DNA of 50,470 nucleotides from Perkinsus olseni (Eukaryota): NCBI GenBank assembly GCA_013115125.1, contig JABANN010000227.1, positions 1 to 50,470 of the forward strand, read 5' to 3'. Shown piece by piece: positions 48,828 to 50,470 of this stretch (position 1 is its first letter; each line of letters starts with the position of its first letter). The notes under the pieces were generated by a model. It saw only the letters and a program-made list of their open reading frames with translations, ran no database searches and was not told where the DNA came from. The position numbers and the translations under genes were made by a program.

Positions 48828-49895
48828 ATGCGCTGGATGAGCCGTACTTCCGGGAGTTATGACTTACGGGCAGGCGTACGGTTCGCATACGCCGCGTACC
48901 TCCTTTCGAGTGGCGCGATCTTCTCTACCTTTTCCGTCACATTTTCTGGTGTTGCACTTCTGTGCATCATACACGCTCTTTCCTCGGTTTCTATTGCCAC
49001 CTTTTGGTTCGGTGATTAATAGCGTCAATTATCGGTATTGGAACTCCACTATTGTATCGCTGAATGGCAGTTAATCCGTTATCTCGAAGGTATCTCCATG
49101 CCGTCAGTCCCGCCGCTCATCAGCGACGTTCTTCCTCGTGTGGCCCTTGTAACCGTCATCGCAGCATTCGTGTACTGGGCAAACTTCCTTCTCAACGACC
49201 CTCTCGACTTCGGTTTCAACACCATGGACGTCCGTGGCATTGTCTCCCCACAGACATGCACACAATTTGGTCTCTCGGAAACCCTGCATGACTTGCTCGC
49301 CTCTGCCTTATTTTTCGGAAGTCACAGTTTATTCGCTCGCCGAAAAATAAAAGCTATGGTCGGCGTCTTCGGTCGCCCCTACGAGAAATCTCTCTAATCT
49401 TTCTCTAGTGGGCTCATGTTAATGCTATTCACTCATTTGTGGACCCCCGTGAACACCTGCCATAGCTTCATCCTCGCCGAGGTCAGCTTTCTCCAAGGCT
49501 GTGTCTGGTTCGGTCTCTCCGCAGTAGGATTGGTACTTGTGACGAAATCGAGCGCTGTGCTGCCTGATCTCGGTTTGAGCACCGAGGTTGGGGAGAAGAG
49601 GTTGGTAACACAATTCCCCTATAATATTGTTCGTCATCCCGGTCAGGTCGGGTTCCTTCTCATGCTTTGGTCTCTGCCTGCTTACACCGTGAACCATTTG
49701 CTGTTTGGAGCGCTGTGGACCCTCTACTCTGTGACGGCTGTGCTTCTTCTCGAAGAACGCGATCTCCGCGATGAAGAGCATGGCTTCGGTGCAGATTATG
49801 AAGTCGGAAGTCCGAGTCCATGGCTTCGGAAGTCGGTGCTTTCTTCCCCAACCGTCGAACTCTCCTGGGCATTCTGCGGGACCAGTTGCGTATGA
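48828..49895 (+). pseudogene. MddA (methanethiol S-methyltransferase)/nurim-like membrane methyltransferase with an in-frame TAA
   Basis: Three ORFs in one frame. Motifs HSLFAR, EKSL*S.SS (cf. ERSTY), HLWTP, LVTQFPYNIVRHPG..GFLL.LW, T..HLLF, EERDL...FG.DY. TAA 49395-49397 sits at the expected Tyr. Confidence 0.7.
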
Positions 49896-50470
49896 AAAAC
49901 GAGTAGAGAACCGAGGCGATTACCGGCGATTCGGATTACCGAGGCCCAAGATACGCGGGACTCGAACATCCTCCATACTCAGCGTGTTTCAGCTCGAGAT
50001 GTCGAGCGCATAGTAATATCGTATCCGGCATAGATTCAGGGGGGTCACTCAGCCGGTTGCACCACTCCCTAAGAGGGCCGATCAGAGGGCCGTATCAGAT
50101 GTACCGAACAGTTCGGTCCAAACTAAATGTATTGTCACAATATGACACAGTGAGACGCTCTCAGTTCAGTGTCCACAGTGGACACTGAACTGAGTGTCGG
50201 TCAAAATAAGTACAAGTCGCCTCGGGATCCTGCTCGGGATACTACTCATTCACTATGCCTGTAGGCATTGCCTCTACGAAAATGCCATTTTTTACTGCAT
50301 AACGAAGGCGGCAGGCGACCGTCCATTCTAGAAACCCTCTGCGTTCGAGAGGCTCAGGGAAGTTAATGCATGCATGTCCCGCTTCGGGTTACCCGAATCG
50401 GGTATTAGAAGCCGAGGCATTGTATTCGGTGTGCTTCAGGCCCAAGGCACATATAGTATATGTCATATAC

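Noticed and set aside
49017-49397. Stop-codon reassignment (TAA read as Tyr or Gln)
   Set aside because: TAA terminates ALKBH, CCDC146 and RCC1 normally. A point mutation or sequencing error, plus a probable intron around 49017, explains the stops.

Overview
Intron-dense eukaryotic nuclear DNA with short GT-AG introns and A/T-run-rich intron interiors. Gene content and intron style suggest a Perkinsus-like alveolate (inference, not verified). Genes assembled by hand across exons, nearly all on the + strand: a GNAT acetyltransferase, a CCCH-finger AlkB (ALKBH2/3-like) dioxygenase, UPF3, a TatD nuclease, a 3-hydroxyacyl-CoA dehydrogenase, CCDC146/MBO2, a MYST histone acetyltransferase, an RCC1-repeat protein, an MddA/nurim-like methyltransferase with an in-frame stop, and several hypothetical proteins. 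Probable transposon debris lies at both ends. The most striking signal is non-coding. About 11 tRNA-like sequences are dispersed through the window, and several ~45-58 nt spliceosomal introns consist largely of a tRNA 3' half. Two of these, in unrelated genes, are 29/34 identical. One 100-nt intron holds an intact antisense tRNA-Val(CAC). A second, ~47-bp hairpin element (GAGTATCTTAGGTTGA...AAAAGATACTC) has about 20 full or partial copies, fills some introns and supplies splice sites. Together these suggest small mobile, possibly intron-generating (introner-like) element families. Exon boundaries are manual predictions without transcript evidence.
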